From Nitrospirota bacterium (GTDB taxonomy: Bacteria > Nitrospirota > Nitrospiria > Nitrospirales > NS-4), in assembly GCA_963788195.1 (NCBI GenBank), contig CAWBGA010000013.1:288001-352000 (forward strand): DNA of 64,000 bases, given 5' to 3'. Shown one piece after another: positions 22,181-33,871 of the stretch. The notes under the pieces are model-generated. The model was given only the letters and a program-made list of their open reading frames with translations. It searched no databases and was not told where the DNA came from. A program made the position numbers and the translations under genes. Within the stretch, counting starts at the first letter, position 1, and the number at the start of each line of letters is the position of its first letter.

Positions 22181-24659
22181 ATGAACAGAACCATACTGCC
22201 AACCATTGCACTAGTCTGTGGGGTTGGCGCGCTCACCGCGCTCACGGCGGCACCGGCTGGAGCTCAGCAGATCACTGGCGCGCCGGGTTCGCCCAGCGCC
22301 ACGACGACCATTGACGGGAGATATATCCCGAACCCGCCGCCGCCCTTTGGCGGCAAGATCAACTTGAGCGCGGTGAGCTCCAAACCCGGCTGGCCACCGA
22401 CCGTGGTGCCGCCCAAGGGCGCGCCCAACGTGCTGCTGATCATGACCGACGATCAGGGGTACGGAGTCACCAGCACCTTTGGCGGTGTCATCCCGACGCC
22501 GGCCATGGATCGCCTGGCGAAGGCGGGCCTGCGCTACACGCAGTTCCACTCCACCGCGCTCTGCTCGCCCACGCGCGCGGCCCTCATCACCGGCCGCAAC
22601 CACCACTCCGTGGGTACCGGCGTGATCGCCGAACTGTCCACCGGCTATCCCGGTTACGACAGCATCATCCCCAAGAACAAGGCGACTATTGGCACCATCC
22701 TCCGGGACAATGGCTACGCAACGTCGTGGTTCGGCAAGAACCACAACACGCCGACCTATCAGTACAGCGTGGCCGGACCGTTCGATCAGTGGCCGAGCGG
22801 GATGGGCTTCGAGTATTTCTACGGGTTCATGGGCGGCGAGACCGACCAGTGGACGCCGTATCTTTTCCGAGATCATTCCCAGATCTATCCGTGGGTCGGA
22901 AAGCCCGGCTACAACCTGACCACCGACATGGCGGACGAGGCGATCAGTTACATGAAGGGGTTGAATGCTGCCGCACCCGATAAGCCGTTCTTCCTCTATT
23001 ACGTTCCCGGCGGCACGCACGCGCCGCATCAGCCGACGCCGGAGTGGATCAAGAAGATCAGGCGACATGCACCTGTTCGACAAAGGCTGGAACGACCTGC
23101 GCGAGAACGATCTTCGCCAACCAGAAGAAGCTCGGCGTGATCCCGGAGAATGCCCAGCTCACGCCCTGGCCGGACAGCCTGCCGAAATGGGATACGCTCA
23201 ATGCCGATGAGAAGAAGTTGTACACCCGCCAGGCCGATGTCTTCGCCGCGTATGTGGCCTATACCGATCACGAAATCGGGCGGGTCATCCAGGCGGTGGA
23301 AGACATGGGCAAGCTGGATAACACGCTCATCATCTACATCAGTGGCGACAACGGCACCAGCCCGGAAGGTTCTGTCCTCGGGACGCCGTTCGACATGGCC
23401 GCGATTCAAGCCGTCAATGTTCCCGTCGAAGTCCAATTGAAGTTCTACGACGTCTGGGGCTCGGCGCTGACCACCCCTCACATGTCGGTAGCGTGGTCGT
23501 GGGCGTTTGATACGCCCTTCAAATGGACCAAGGAGGTGGCCTCGTTCTTCGGCGGCACGCGACAGGGCATGGTCATGTCGTGGCCCGGCCGTATCAAGGA
23601 CGTGGGCGGCATTCGCACGCAGTTCCATCACATCATCGACATCGTGCCGACGATCCTCGAAGCCGCCGGCATCCAGGCGCCGGTGATGGTCAACGGCATC
23701 GCACAGAAGTCCGATCGAAGGCGTGAGCATGGCCTACACCTGGGACAAGGCGAACGAAAAAGCGAAGTCCACCCGCGAGACGCAATACTTCGAGATGTTC
23801 GGCAGCCGCGCGATCTACCACGATGGGTGGATGGCCAGCACGCCGCCTCCGCAACCGCCCGTGGCTCATGGGCGCGGCCAAAATGCCCGAAGTGCTGAAC
23901 GGCTACAAATGGGAGCTCTACAACATTGCCGAAGACTACTCTCAGAACAACGATCTGGCGGCAAAGTATCCCGAGAAGCTGAAGGAATTGCAGGAACTCT
24001 TCCTGGTGGAGGCGCAGAAATACCAGGTGTTCCCGCTGGATAATTCCGTCCTCCCCCGCTTGATTACCCCGCGGCCGAGCTCAACCGCCGGCCAGACCGA
24101 ATTCACCTACTCGGGAGAAATGGCCGGCCTGCCGGACGGCAGTGTGCCCAACACGCTCGCCAAGTCCTATTCCATCAGCGCCGAGGTGGAAATTCCCCAG
24201 GGCGGCGCCGAGGGCATGCTCAACACGCTCGGCGGCCGATTCGGCGGCTACGGCCTCTACGTGCTGAAAGGCAAGCCGGTGTTCACCTACAATCTCCTGG
24301 GGCTGGAAAAATTCCGCTGGGAAGGCAAGGACGCGCTGGCTCCGGGCAAACACACGATCATGTTTGACTTCAAATACGATGGCCCCGGCATGGCCAAGGG
24401 CGGCACCGGCGTCCTGTCGGTGGACGGCAAGGAAGTCGATAGCAAAAAGATCCCGCACACCATCCCCGGCCTCATGACGATCGACGAGTCCTTCGACGTC
24501 GGAGTGGATACCCGCACGGCGGTGGACGACAAAGACTACCAGCCGCCGTTCCGCTTCACCGGCAAGCTCGCCAAGCTGACAATCAAACTTGGGCCCGCGC
24601 AGTTAGCGGAGGCGGACCGTAAGATCATTCAGGAGAAGATCGCCAGGGCGAAAGACTAG
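22181..24659 (+). CDS. Exported arylsulfatase with CSPTR motif (third type; split by indels)
   Basis: PNVLLIMTDDQG, LCSPTRAALITGRNHH, GTHAPHQ, SGDNG, QYFEMFGSRAIY. Confidence 0.92.
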
Positions 24660-24779
24660 GCGAGAGAGCAGCAGCGGCGGCAGAGATCGCAAGCAGAGCA
24701 GAATTACGGAAGGAAAATAATGAAACGACTTGAAGGGTACGCACGCCATGAGACGAACAAACGGAAGGGAGCAGGAATC

Positions 24780-27247
24780 GTGAAACGAAATGCAATGCTG
24801 AGGACCGCCTTCAGCGTGGCCTTGGTGCTGACGCTGGCCGCGCTAACGGCGGCACCGGCCGCCGCCCAGGGGGCCGCCCCTGGACAGGTGGTGCGGCCGA
24901 CAGATCGCACGGTGCTGCCGATTCCGGAGCCGACGCTCAAACCGATCACCACGCTGGACGCGCGCAATGCGAAGGCGCCGCCGCGCTTCGAGGTGAAGGC
25001 CCCGCAAGGCGCGCCCAACGTCGTGATCGTGCTGATCGACGACATCGGCTTCGGCCACAGCAGCGCGTTCGGCGGGCCTATCCACATGCCGACGCTGGAC
25101 AAGCTGGCGAACGGCGGCCTGAAGTATAACCGCTTCCACACCACCGCGCTGTGCAGCCCCACCCGCACGGCCCTGCTGACCGGCCATAACCACCATGCGA
25201 ACAATGCCGGGGCGATCATGGAACTCGCCACGGCATTCCCCGGCAACACCGGCGTGCGCCCCAAGAGCATCACGACCGCTGGCCGAGATTCTGCGCCAGA
25301 ACGGCTACAGCACGGCCGCCTTCGGCAAATACCACGAGACCCCGCCATGGGAAGTTTCGGTCTCCGGTCCCTATCGACCGCTGGCCCACGGGTTCGGGCT
25401 TCGACAAGTTCTACGGCTTCATCGGCGGCGAGACCAACCAGTGGGCGCCGGCGATCTACGACGGAGTCACGCGCGTCGAGCATAAGCAAACGCCCGACTA
25501 CCATTTCACCGTGGACATGACCGATCAGGCGATCAACTGGGTCAGCGCCCAGCAGGCGCTCACGCCCGACAAGCCGTTCTACATGTATTTCGCCACCGGC
25601 GCGACGCACGCCCCGCACCACGTGCCCAAGGAGTGGATCGCCAAATACAAGGGCCAGTTCAGCGGCGGCTGGGACAAGCTGCGCGAGGAAACTTTCGCGC
25701 GTCAGAAGAAGCTCGGCGTGATCCCCGCTGACGCCAAGCTCACCGCGCGGCCCAAGGAGATCCCCGCATGGGACGGCATGAGCGCCGAGCAGAAGCGGCT
25801 CTTCGAGCGCCAGATGGAAACCTTCGCCGGATTCGCCGAGCACACCGACCATGAAGTGGGCCGGCTTAGTGGCGCAGTTGGAAGCCATCGGCGAGCTGGA
25901 CAACACGCTCTTCTTCTACATCGTGGGCGACAACGGCGCGAGCGCCGAGGGCGGGCCCGAAGGCACCTACAACGAGATGATGGCGCTGAACGGCATCGTC
26001 GGCAAAGCCGACCAGATGATGGATCACATCGATGCGTGGGGCGATGCCACGACATTCCCGCATTTCGCCATCGGCTGGGCCTGGGCGGGTAATACGCCCT
26101 TCCAGTGGACCAAGCAGGTGGCCAGCCACTTCGGCGGCACGCGCAACGGCATGGTGCTCCACTGGCCCAAGGGGATCAAAGCCAAGGGCGAGGTCCGCAG
26201 CCAGTTCCACCACGTGATCGACGTGGCTCCGACCGTGCTGGAAGCCGCGAAACTGCCGCAGCCCAAGACGGTGAACGGCATCAAGCAGCGGCCCATGGAC
26301 GGCGTCTCGATGCTGTACTCCGCCGACAACGCCAAGGCCGCCGACCGGCGTAAGACGCAGTACTTCGAGATGTTCGGCAACCGCGGCATCTACCACGACG
26401 GCTGGGTGGCCTGCACTCGCCACTCGATCCCGTGGGTCATGGGCGCGAAACTCCCCGCCGCTGAAGGACGACGTGTGGGAACTCTACAACGTCGATGAGG
26501 ACTTCAGCCAGGCGAACGATCTCGCCAAAAAGAATCCCGCCAAGCTCAAAGAGCTACAGGCCGTGTTCATGAAGGAGGCCATCCGGAACAACGTGCTGCC
26601 GATCGACGACCGCCGCGCCGAGCGCTTCAACCCGGCCATCGCCGGCCGGCCCGACCTGATGGGCGGGCGCAAGTCGCTGACGGTTTACCCCGGCATGACG
26701 GGCATGATGGAGAATGCCTTCATCAACGTGAAGGGCGTGCATCACACCATCACCGCCGAGGTGGAGTTGAAGGATGACAAGACGGAAGGCGTGATCATCG
26801 CCCAGGCCGGCTATTTCGGCGGATGGGTCGTCTACATGAAGGACGGAAAGCCGCACCACGAATACAACTGGTTCGGCCTTGAACGCACCAACATCGCGGC
26901 GCACCACGGCCCTCGCGCCCGGGAAGCACACGATCTCCTACGAGTTCATCCCCGATGCGGCCAAGCCCGGCACCGGCGGCAAGTCGATCCTGAGCGTCGA
27001 TGGCAAAAAGGTCGCCGAAGGGCAAATCCCCAAGACCCAGCCTTTCGTTTTCTCCGGGGACGAAGGCGCGGACGTGGGCGTGGACGGCGAGACCAACGTG
27101 TCTCCCGACTACAAGCAGGGCAACAACACCTTCACCGGCAAGATCGTGAAGGTGACGGTCGAGCTGAAGGAGATGAAGGCCGCCGCCGCGGACGAGGCGG
27201 AGAAATTCCACAGGGAGGCCGCGCTGAAGAAAGGCCTGTCCGACTAA
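24780..27247 (+). CDS. Large exported arylsulfatase with CSPTR motif, copy 2 (split by indels)
   Basis: Colinear with 6122-8581; same C-terminus [11 protein letters not shown]. Confidence 0.9.
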
Positions 27248-27375
27248 CACATCATCGCAGAGATGTACGAGGGTACAGAGCAGATCATTCCAGTTGCGCA
27301 AGAAGGCCCCGAAGGAGTCCTTCAGCGGTCTGCTGTTGGGCGTGATCTCTATAGGGAATCTGAAAGGAGCTATTT

Positions 27376-28413
27376 ATGAAAGGCGCTTCGATTTATCTCA
27401 TGGTTGGTACGATGCTGCTGACTGCCGCGGCGCATGCCGGTCCCGCGCTGGCACTGCCAACTGCCGATGAGGTGCTGCAGGAATTGAATATTTCCGACAG
27501 CGACCAGCAAAGCATCCGGAATGGCAACATTGTCGAGTGGTCGCCCAGTGAAGGGTCGGATCGGGAACTCGCCCTCGGAGGGGCCTTGCTGGTCAAGGCA
27601 AAGGGTGCGGATATTGTCAGGCTCTTCCGTGAGGCGAGTGCGTTCAAAAAGATATCGGTGATCACGGCATCTGGCAAGATTGCGGGCGACGGGACGCCGG
27701 CCGATTTCGCGGGTGTGGTGCTGGCACCGAACGGAGAGAAGGAAGCCCGGCGCTATCTGAACGCGAGCCCGGGCGACGAACTGAATCTGGACGCCAAGGA
27801 GATAGCGGGTTTTCAAGCGCTGAAGGCAGGGGGCGATGCGGACGCCGTGCCTGTACAAAAAGTCGAGGCCCTTGTGCGTCAGGGCTTGCTCGCCCGCTAC
27901 CAGGCCTATCGGACCAAGGGACTGTCCGGCATCGCGCCGTATGAGCGCGGGAGCGGACGTCAACTGCTCGCGAGCGACGAGCTGTCCATTGCAACCAAGC
28001 AGCTGAAAGGCATCGCCAAGTATGTCCCAGCCTTTTATGACATTCTGCTCAACTATCCGGCCGTCGATCCCAAGGCGCGGAAGGATCTTGAGGAACAGTT
28101 TTACTGGCTGAATATTGACGTCTTTGGACGTCCGACGTATGTGCTGTCTCACCGCATGCTCTTGCGGTTGGGCGAGGCATATGTCACGGCTGATCGACAC
28201 TTCTACGCCAGCCACGATTACAATAGCCTGCTGCAGGGAGTGATAGCGCTCCCAACCAAGGACGGGATGCTCGTGATCTACTTGAGCCGTGTGTCGACCG
28301 ACCAAGTAGCCGGCTTTGGATCCGCGATGAAACATCCCGTGTCTCGTGCCATCATGGCGCCCTATCTCAAAGACCTGTTCGTAGCTCTTCGAGGCATGGT
28401 GGATAAGCCGTAG
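27376..28413 (+). CDS. Secreted hypothetical protein
   Basis: AGGAG RBS, signal peptide, 345-aa intact ORF. Confidence 0.7.
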   Translation: MKGASIYLMVGTMLLTAAAHAGPALALPTADEVLQELNISDSDQQSIRNGNIVEWSPSEGSDRELALGGALLVKAKGADIVRLFREASAFKKISVITASGKIAGDGTPADFAGVVLAPNGEKEARRYLNASPGDELNLDAKEIAGFQALKAGGDADAVPVQKVEALVRQGLLARYQAYRTKGLSGIAPYERGSGRQLLASDELSIATKQLKGIAKYVPAFYDILLNYPAVDPKARKDLEEQFYWLNIDVFGRPTYVLSHRMLLRLGEAYVTADRHFYASHDYNSLLQGVIALPTKDGMLVIYLSRVSTDQVAGFGSAMKHPVSRAIMAPYLKDLFVALRGMVDKP

Positions 28414-28875
28414 CCATATTTTGAATCAAGCCATTCCGTGATGCTCGCGAGGCCATGCAGCCGCATATACGTACACATGGTCATCGGCGTCCTCTGCACG
28501 ATCTTTGGTGGGTGCGTTTCCGCGTATCGCCAGTAGGCCAAAGACTGCTCTCGAAGGCGCTCCCATGTATATTGTTGTGGCCTTCGAAACGGTTGAAAAC
28601 AGCCGCTCGTGTGGCGTTTGGGCCAGTGTGTCTGTAGAAAATAGTCCTTTCCTTTTCGCGTGTTGCGCGGACAATCACCGTAGTATGGCGTTCGGGGATA
28701 AGGTCGCAGTTTGAAATGGTTGGTATGTTTCGTGCTTCATGAATGGCAGGATCGCCTTGACATGGCGAAGTTATGAATTTACAAGTATGCAACGTGGAAG
28801 TGCGCTAAGGGAAACATTCGAGCTCTAAACTGCCGATCCGGTGGGCGAAAGCTGTCCTGAAGAAAGATCTTAAGC

Positions 28876-31545
28876 ATGCTTGCCGAAAGTCCAGGGAAGG
28901 ACATTTCTAAGGTAGCGACTTCCCCGCGCACATCACGTTCCCCATCCATGACCGTGCAGGCGGTACTCGATGCAATACCCTCGAACGCCGCCCTACTCGA
29001 TGACTCAGGGACGATTCTTTACGTCAACACGGGCTGGCGTAACTTCGCAAAGGACAATGGCTTTGGCGGGTCAGCTTCTGAAGTCGGGTCGAATTACCTG
29101 AAGACCTATCGCTCCACCACGGGTTCCGGAACAGACATGGCCCGACTGGTTGCACACGGCATTGAGCGAGTGGCGAAGGGAGAGGAACCGCACTTTTCCT
29201 CGGAATACCCTTCCAATAGCCCCACAGGCAAGCGGTCGTTCCTGGTCCACGTGGCCCGCCTCGAGCTTCGCGATGGGACAACGCGCCTCATCGTGGTTCA
29301 CGAGGATGTGGGTCCGATTAAACTGGCCGAAAACACTCTAAGAGAAACGGAAGAGCGGTTTCGCCCGTTGTTGGAGACAATGAATGTCGTTCCGTGGGAA
29401 GCGGATGCCGTGACCTGGCAATTCACCTATGTCGGTCCGCAGGCGGAGAGGTTGTTCGGGTACCCGATCGCGCGATGGTACGAGAAGGAGTTCTGGGCCG
29501 AGAATCTCTTTGCCGCAGATCGCGAGCGCGCCTTCGAGTTCTGCCTGCAGCATTCTCAAACAGATGATCAGTACGAGTTTGACTACCGAATGCATCGGGC
29601 CGACGGCAGGATCGCGTGGATCCACGATGTCGTCAGCGTCGTCCGGGACCGCGGTCGCCCGATTCTGTTACGAGGGTTTCTGATCGATATGACGGCTCGC
29701 AACGAGGCGGACGAGGCGTTGCGAGAAAGCCAGGAGCGTTTTGCTCTTGCCGTGCAAGGCTCGAATACCGGCATTTGGGATCGGGATCTGAAAACCAATC
29801 GGACGTACTTGTCCCCGCGATGGAAAAGTATGCTCGGATATGAGGAGTACGAGATCACAGATTGTTTCGAGGAGTGGGAGAACCGCATCCATCCTGAAGA
29901 CCGAGAGCGTGTGCGCGCCTTGGTGAAGGATTATTTAGATGGGCGTGTTCCGGAATATGAGGTCCAGCATCGCCTCCGACACAAGGACGGCACGTACCGC
30001 TGGATCCTATCGCGCGGCGTCTCAGTTCGGGATGCCACCGGTAAGCCGATGCGCATCGCCGGGTCCCATGTGGATATCACTAAACTCAAGGTGACGCAGA
30101 AGGCGCTGGAAGCGAACGCGCACGCGTTGCGCGAGCAAGAGAGACTCTTTATCCACCTTGCGGAGACGATTGACCAGGTATTCTGGTTTGCCGAACTGGA
30201 TCCGGAGCGAGTGATCTATGTCAGCCCGGCATTCCAACAGATTTGGGGGATTCCTGTCGAGACCCTGTACCGGGATCCGCGAGTTTGGATGCATACGATT
30301 CATCCTGACGATCGGGAGCGAGTGAGCCGTGCATTCGACGCGTACATTCGCGGGCACGCGCCCGCGTACAGAATTGAATACCGTATCCAACGCCAGGATG
30401 GAACGCTCCGCTGGATTCAGGACAACGGCACGCGGAGGCTCGACAACTCGGGCCGGGTGCGGTGGGTGAGCGGTATCGCCAAAGACATCACGGAATCCAA
30501 GAGAGCCGAGGAAGCGCTTCGCGAAAGCGAAGGGCGATTCCGGCTCATGGCGGATGCGGCGCCCATTCTGATGTGGATGTCTGGGCCCGACAAACGCTCC
30601 GTCTATTTCAATAAGGGTTGGCTGGAGTTTACCGGCAGGCAGATGGAGCAGGAGCTCCGTGACGACTGGTCCGAGAATATCCACCCTGAAGATGTGCAGG
30701 GGTGCACCGAGACCTATTCGCAAGCTTTCGACGCACGAGAGCGCTTCGAGATGGAATACCGGCTCCGGCGTCATGATAGCGAATACCGATGGATGTGGGA
30801 CATTGGTGTGCCGCGATTTGGCGAGGCAGGGCAATTCGCCGGCTACATTGGCACCTGCGTCGATATCACGGATCGGAAGCGCGCGGAGATTGCGCTCCGG
30901 GAGCTGAGCGGGCGGTTGATCCACGCCCAGGAGGAGGAACGTGGCCGTATCGCACGAGAGCTTCACGACGACGTGAGCCAACGGCTGGCGCTTCTGGGGA
31001 TCGAGCTCGAACAATTGGGGCAACAGTCCGCGCCCTCGGCCGCGCAACTCAGCGCCCGCACCCACGGGTTGTGGAAGACGGTCAGGGACATTTCCGCGGA
31101 CATCCACAACCTGTCCCATGACCTTCACCCGTCGAAGCTGGATCATCTCGGCCTCGCGACCGCAATTCGGAGTTTCTGCAATGACCGTCGGGTACGTGGT
31201 GATCTGCGAATTGAATTTGCGTGTCGTGATGTGCCTGATTCACTGCCGAAGGATATTGCCCTTTGCTTGTACCGAGTCCTGCAGGAAGCGATTCAGAACG
31301 CCGTGAAGCATAGCAGGACGCGGGACGCTAAGGTTGCGATCTACGGTAGCTCAACCCAGATCACTTTGAGAGTGTCTGATGCCGGCATCGGTTTCAATCC
31401 CGACGCTGACAGTATGAAAACAGGGCTCGGTCTGACCAGCATGCGGGAGCGGGTGCGCCTCGTCGGTGGAGAACTCTCCATTCAGTCACAGCCGTCAAAG
31501 GGAACGCTGATCGAGGTGCGAGTGCCACTGGCTTCAGCATCATAG
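28876..31545 (+). CDS. Multi-PAS sensor histidine kinase (HisKA_3 type)
   Basis: About five PAS/PAC units; EERGRIARELHDDVSQRL; LYRVLQEAIQNAVKH; DAGIGF; GLGLTSMRER. Confidence 0.95.
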   Translation: MLAESPGKDISKVATSPRTSRSPSMTVQAVLDAIPSNAALLDDSGTILYVNTGWRNFAKDNGFGGSASEVGSNYLKTYRSTTGSGTDMARLVAHGIERVAKGEEPHFSSEYPSNSPTGKRSFLVHVARLELRDGTTRLIVVHEDVGPIKLAENTLRETEERFRPLLETMNVVPWEADAVTWQFTYVGPQAERLFGYPIARWYEKEFWAENLFAADRERAFEFCLQHSQTDDQYEFDYRMHRADGRIAWIHDVVSVVRDRGRPILLRGFLIDMTARNEADEALRESQERFALAVQGSNTGIWDRDLKTNRTYLSPRWKSMLGYEEYEITDCFEEWENRIHPEDRERVRALVKDYLDGRVPEYEVQHRLRHKDGTYRWILSRGVSVRDATGKPMRIAGSHVDITKLKVTQKALEANAHALREQERLFIHLAETIDQVFWFAELDPERVIYVSPAFQQIWGIPVETLYRDPRVWMHTIHPDDRERVSRAFDAYIRGHAPAYRIEYRIQRQDGTLRWIQDNGTRRLDNSGRVRWVSGIAKDITESKRAEEALRESEGRFRLMADAAPILMWMSGPDKRSVYFNKGWLEFTGRQMEQELRDDWSENIHPEDVQGCTETYSQAFDARERFEMEYRLRRHDSEYRWMWDIGVPRFGEAGQFAGYIGTCVDITDRKRAEIALRELSGRLIHAQEEERGRIARELHDDVSQRLALLGIELEQLGQQSAPSAAQLSARTHGLWKTVRDISADIHNLSHDLHPSKLDHLGLATAIRSFCNDRRVRGDLRIEFACRDVPDSLPKDIALCLYRVLQEAIQNAVKHSRTRDAKVAIYGSSTQITLRVSDAGIGFNPDADSMKTGLGLTSMRERVRLVGGELSIQSQPSKGTLIEVRVPLASAS

Positions 31546-31561
31546 GGAGAGGAAAGAACCG

Positions 31562-32212
31562 ATGTATCGCCCACGGGTTTTGATCGCCGATGACCACGCG
31601 ATGCTTCGCGAGGCGTTTCAAAAGTTCCTCGAACCGGATTGCGAGGTCGTTGGATCGGTGGCAGACGGGCGTGCACTGCTCGATCTGGCGCCGAAAGTAC
31701 GGCCGGACATCATTTTGTTGGACATTTCCATGCCTCTGCTCAACGGCCTGGATGCCGGCTTACAGCTCAAACGGATGATGCCGCAGGTCAAGTTGATTTT
31801 CTTGACCGTCAACGACGATCCGGATTTCGTCACGCAAGCGTTTCGTAACGGGGCCTCAGCATATCTTCTCAAGACATGTGCTGTCGCGGAGTTGTATACG
31901 GCGGTCCAGTCCGTCTTGCATGGAAAAAGCTATGTGACACGGCTCGTTATGCAAGGGAGTGAGGAATCCTTCAGGCAGGCGCCGTCATATCACGAAGGCG
32001 TGAGGCAACTGACCTCTCGGCAACGAGAAGTGCTGCAACTGCTGGCCGAGGGATACTTGATGAAACAGGTGGCAACTATTATGCGTATCACGCCACGGAC
32101 CGTCGCCTTTCATAAGTATCGGATAATGGAGCGGTTTCAGTTGAAGACAAACGCGGATGTGATTCAGTTCGCGATGAAACAGGGTCTGACGCCTACACCT
32201 GTGCCTCGCTGA
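31562..32212 (+). CDS. NarL/FixJ-family response regulator
   Basis: VLIADDH, LLDISMP receiver; LTSRQREVLQLLAEG...TVAFHK LuxR HTH. Confidence 0.95.
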   Translation: MYRPRVLIADDHAMLREAFQKFLEPDCEVVGSVADGRALLDLAPKVRPDIILLDISMPLLNGLDAGLQLKRMMPQVKLIFLTVNDDPDFVTQAFRNGASAYLLKTCAVAELYTAVQSVLHGKSYVTRLVMQGSEESFRQAPSYHEGVRQLTSRQREVLQLLAEGYLMKQVATIMRITPRTVAFHKYRIMERFQLKTNADVIQFAMKQGLTPTPVPR

Positions 32213-32223
32213 AATTCCCTCTC

Positions 32224-32239
32224 CTAGTACTTCTGACAG
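32224..32239. promoter_or_regulatory. CTAGTACTTCTGACAG(TATC) site, variant of the recurrent palindrome
   Basis: Shares right half TTCTGACAGTATC with the site at 14555; lies between the two response regulators. Confidence 0.4.
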
Positions 32240-32331
32240 TATCCCTGGTTCTTCCCCTCTGCTAGTGTGCGCAAGGTTCACGGTTGGAACTCGCCTTCTT
32301 GAGATCTAATGTAGAGGGGCCTCCCATACGA

Positions 32332-32721
32332 ATGCGTCTCGTCATCGCAGACGACAACGCCGCTATATTAGAGACCGTCACTCGGTTGCTTGCGCCTGAC
32401 TTCGATATCATTGCGACCGCGGATACTGGAAGCACTGCATTAGAAGCCATCACCAGATTGCGTCCGGATTGCGCGGTGCTCGATATCTCCATGAATGATT
32501 TCAGCGGTATTGAGGTAGCCAAACGCCTGAAAGCCAGCGGTTCGAATTCCAAGATTGTTTTCCTGACCGTCCACGAAGACTCGGACTTCGTGGAGGAAGC
32601 TGTCGCGGTTGGAGCCATCGGCTACGTTGTGAAGTCACGCCTTGCGTCTGACCTGCAACCTGCTCTCAAGTGCGCACTCGCTGGGGACTTGTTCATCTCT
32701 CCTTCCATAGGAATGGCTTAG
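32332..32721 (+). CDS. Single-domain response regulator (NarL-like receiver, no HTH)
   Basis: LVIADDN, VLDISMN, FLTVHED, GYVVK. Confidence 0.9.
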   Translation: MRLVIADDNAAILETVTRLLAPDFDIIATADTGSTALEAITRLRPDCAVLDISMNDFSGIEVAKRLKASGSNSKIVFLTVHEDSDFVEEAVAVGAIGYVVKSRLASDLQPALKCALAGDLFISPSIGMA

Positions 32722-32966
32722 GAAGACCGCTGACATCCGAAGAACCTTCGCCGGATCCCAGGCGGCTCACCAAATAATTCAATGTGTTCAGGGAGCCATC
32801 CTGCCTCGTCACTACCATCGTGCTAAATTTGTAATAATTAGCGTGGAGAACACACGTGTTCGATGACTGTGGGCACTTCTCCCACGGGACGTTCCAAAAG
32901 TGCCGCGCGTCTCATCCGGTCGGCATTGGGTGAAAGCTAATTTTGAAACATGAGGAGGTTATTGCC

Positions 32967-33365
32967 ATGGTCACACTGGACAATGCCAGAAAGGTCATTG
33001 CTGCTGCCGAAAAAAAGGCGACGGAAATCGGTCAACCCTCGAACATCGCGGTCGCCGATGCCGGAGGAAACTTAGTCGCGCACGTGAGGATGGACGGAGC
33101 ATGGATCGGCAGTATAGATATTTCCATCAAAAAGGCGTTCACCTCGCGTGCCTTCGATATTGAAACGAAGGAATTAGGGAAACTCGCCCAGCCCGGCAAA
33201 GACTTTTACGGCATACATGCGTCCAACGACGGCAAAATCATGATCTTCGCGGGCGGCGTCCCGCTCAAAAGAGACGGGAAAGTCGTCGGAGCCATCGGCG
33301 TCAGTGGCGGTTCGGGCGAGCAGGATCAGGCCGTGGCCGAAGCCGGCGCGGCCGCCTTTAAATGA
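32967..33365 (+). CDS. GlcG/HbpS-family heme-binding protein
   Basis: IAVADAGGNLVAHVRMDGA, SIKKAFTS, FAGGVPL, GAIGVSGG..EQD. Confidence 0.92.
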   Translation: MVTLDNARKVIAAAEKKATEIGQPSNIAVADAGGNLVAHVRMDGAWIGSIDISIKKAFTSRAFDIETKELGKLAQPGKDFYGIHASNDGKIMIFAGGVPLKRDGKVVGAIGVSGGSGEQDQAVAEAGAAAFK

Positions 33366-33487
33366 AGTTGATACCGACACTCAGACGGCGATGCGCCGCA
33401 TCAGGATTATGCGCGAGAGGTGTGATTCGCCATCCGGTTGAACTGGCGGCGACCCAAGCCAAGGAGCTCCTGCGCAAGGTGGGGATC

Positions 33488-33796
33488 TTACCGCCCTTTT
33501 CGAAACTGCGGTGGGATGGATCCATGCGGACGGGGTGCGTGTGACCTGAATGACGGAGAAAAGTTTCTATAGCCGCCCCTATGTCCACCGCCCCAGTAAC
33601 CTCCTCGGTATCCACCCCACGGACGCGGAAAGGGGCGGTAGTAGCTTCGCGGGTACGGATAGACATAGCCGTACGGATACGGTGTCGCATATGCATACGA
33701 TTCAGCTACCCGGTAGTCCTCGCCATACAGCACGCCCACCGAGCCAGCGCATCCGGCCAGGAGGAGTCCAGCGAGTAAGACAGCTATGAGAAGCAT
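33488..33796 (-). CDS. Small Tyr/Pro/Gly-rich lipoprotein
   Basis: GGAGG RBS, lipobox LAGC, YPYGYVYPYP low-complexity tail. Confidence 0.55.
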   Translation of the reverse strand: MLLIAVLLAGLLLAGCAGSVGVLYGEDYRVAESYAYATPYPYGYVYPYPRSYYRPFPRPWGGYRGGYWGGGHRGGYRNFSPSFRSHAPRPHGSIPPQFRKGR

Positions 33797-33871
33797 GTGT
33801 GTGTCCTCCACACGTCGTCAGTAGGGTGGCGGCCATCCGTAACGAACAACCGCCACCGCGGGACACGAACC

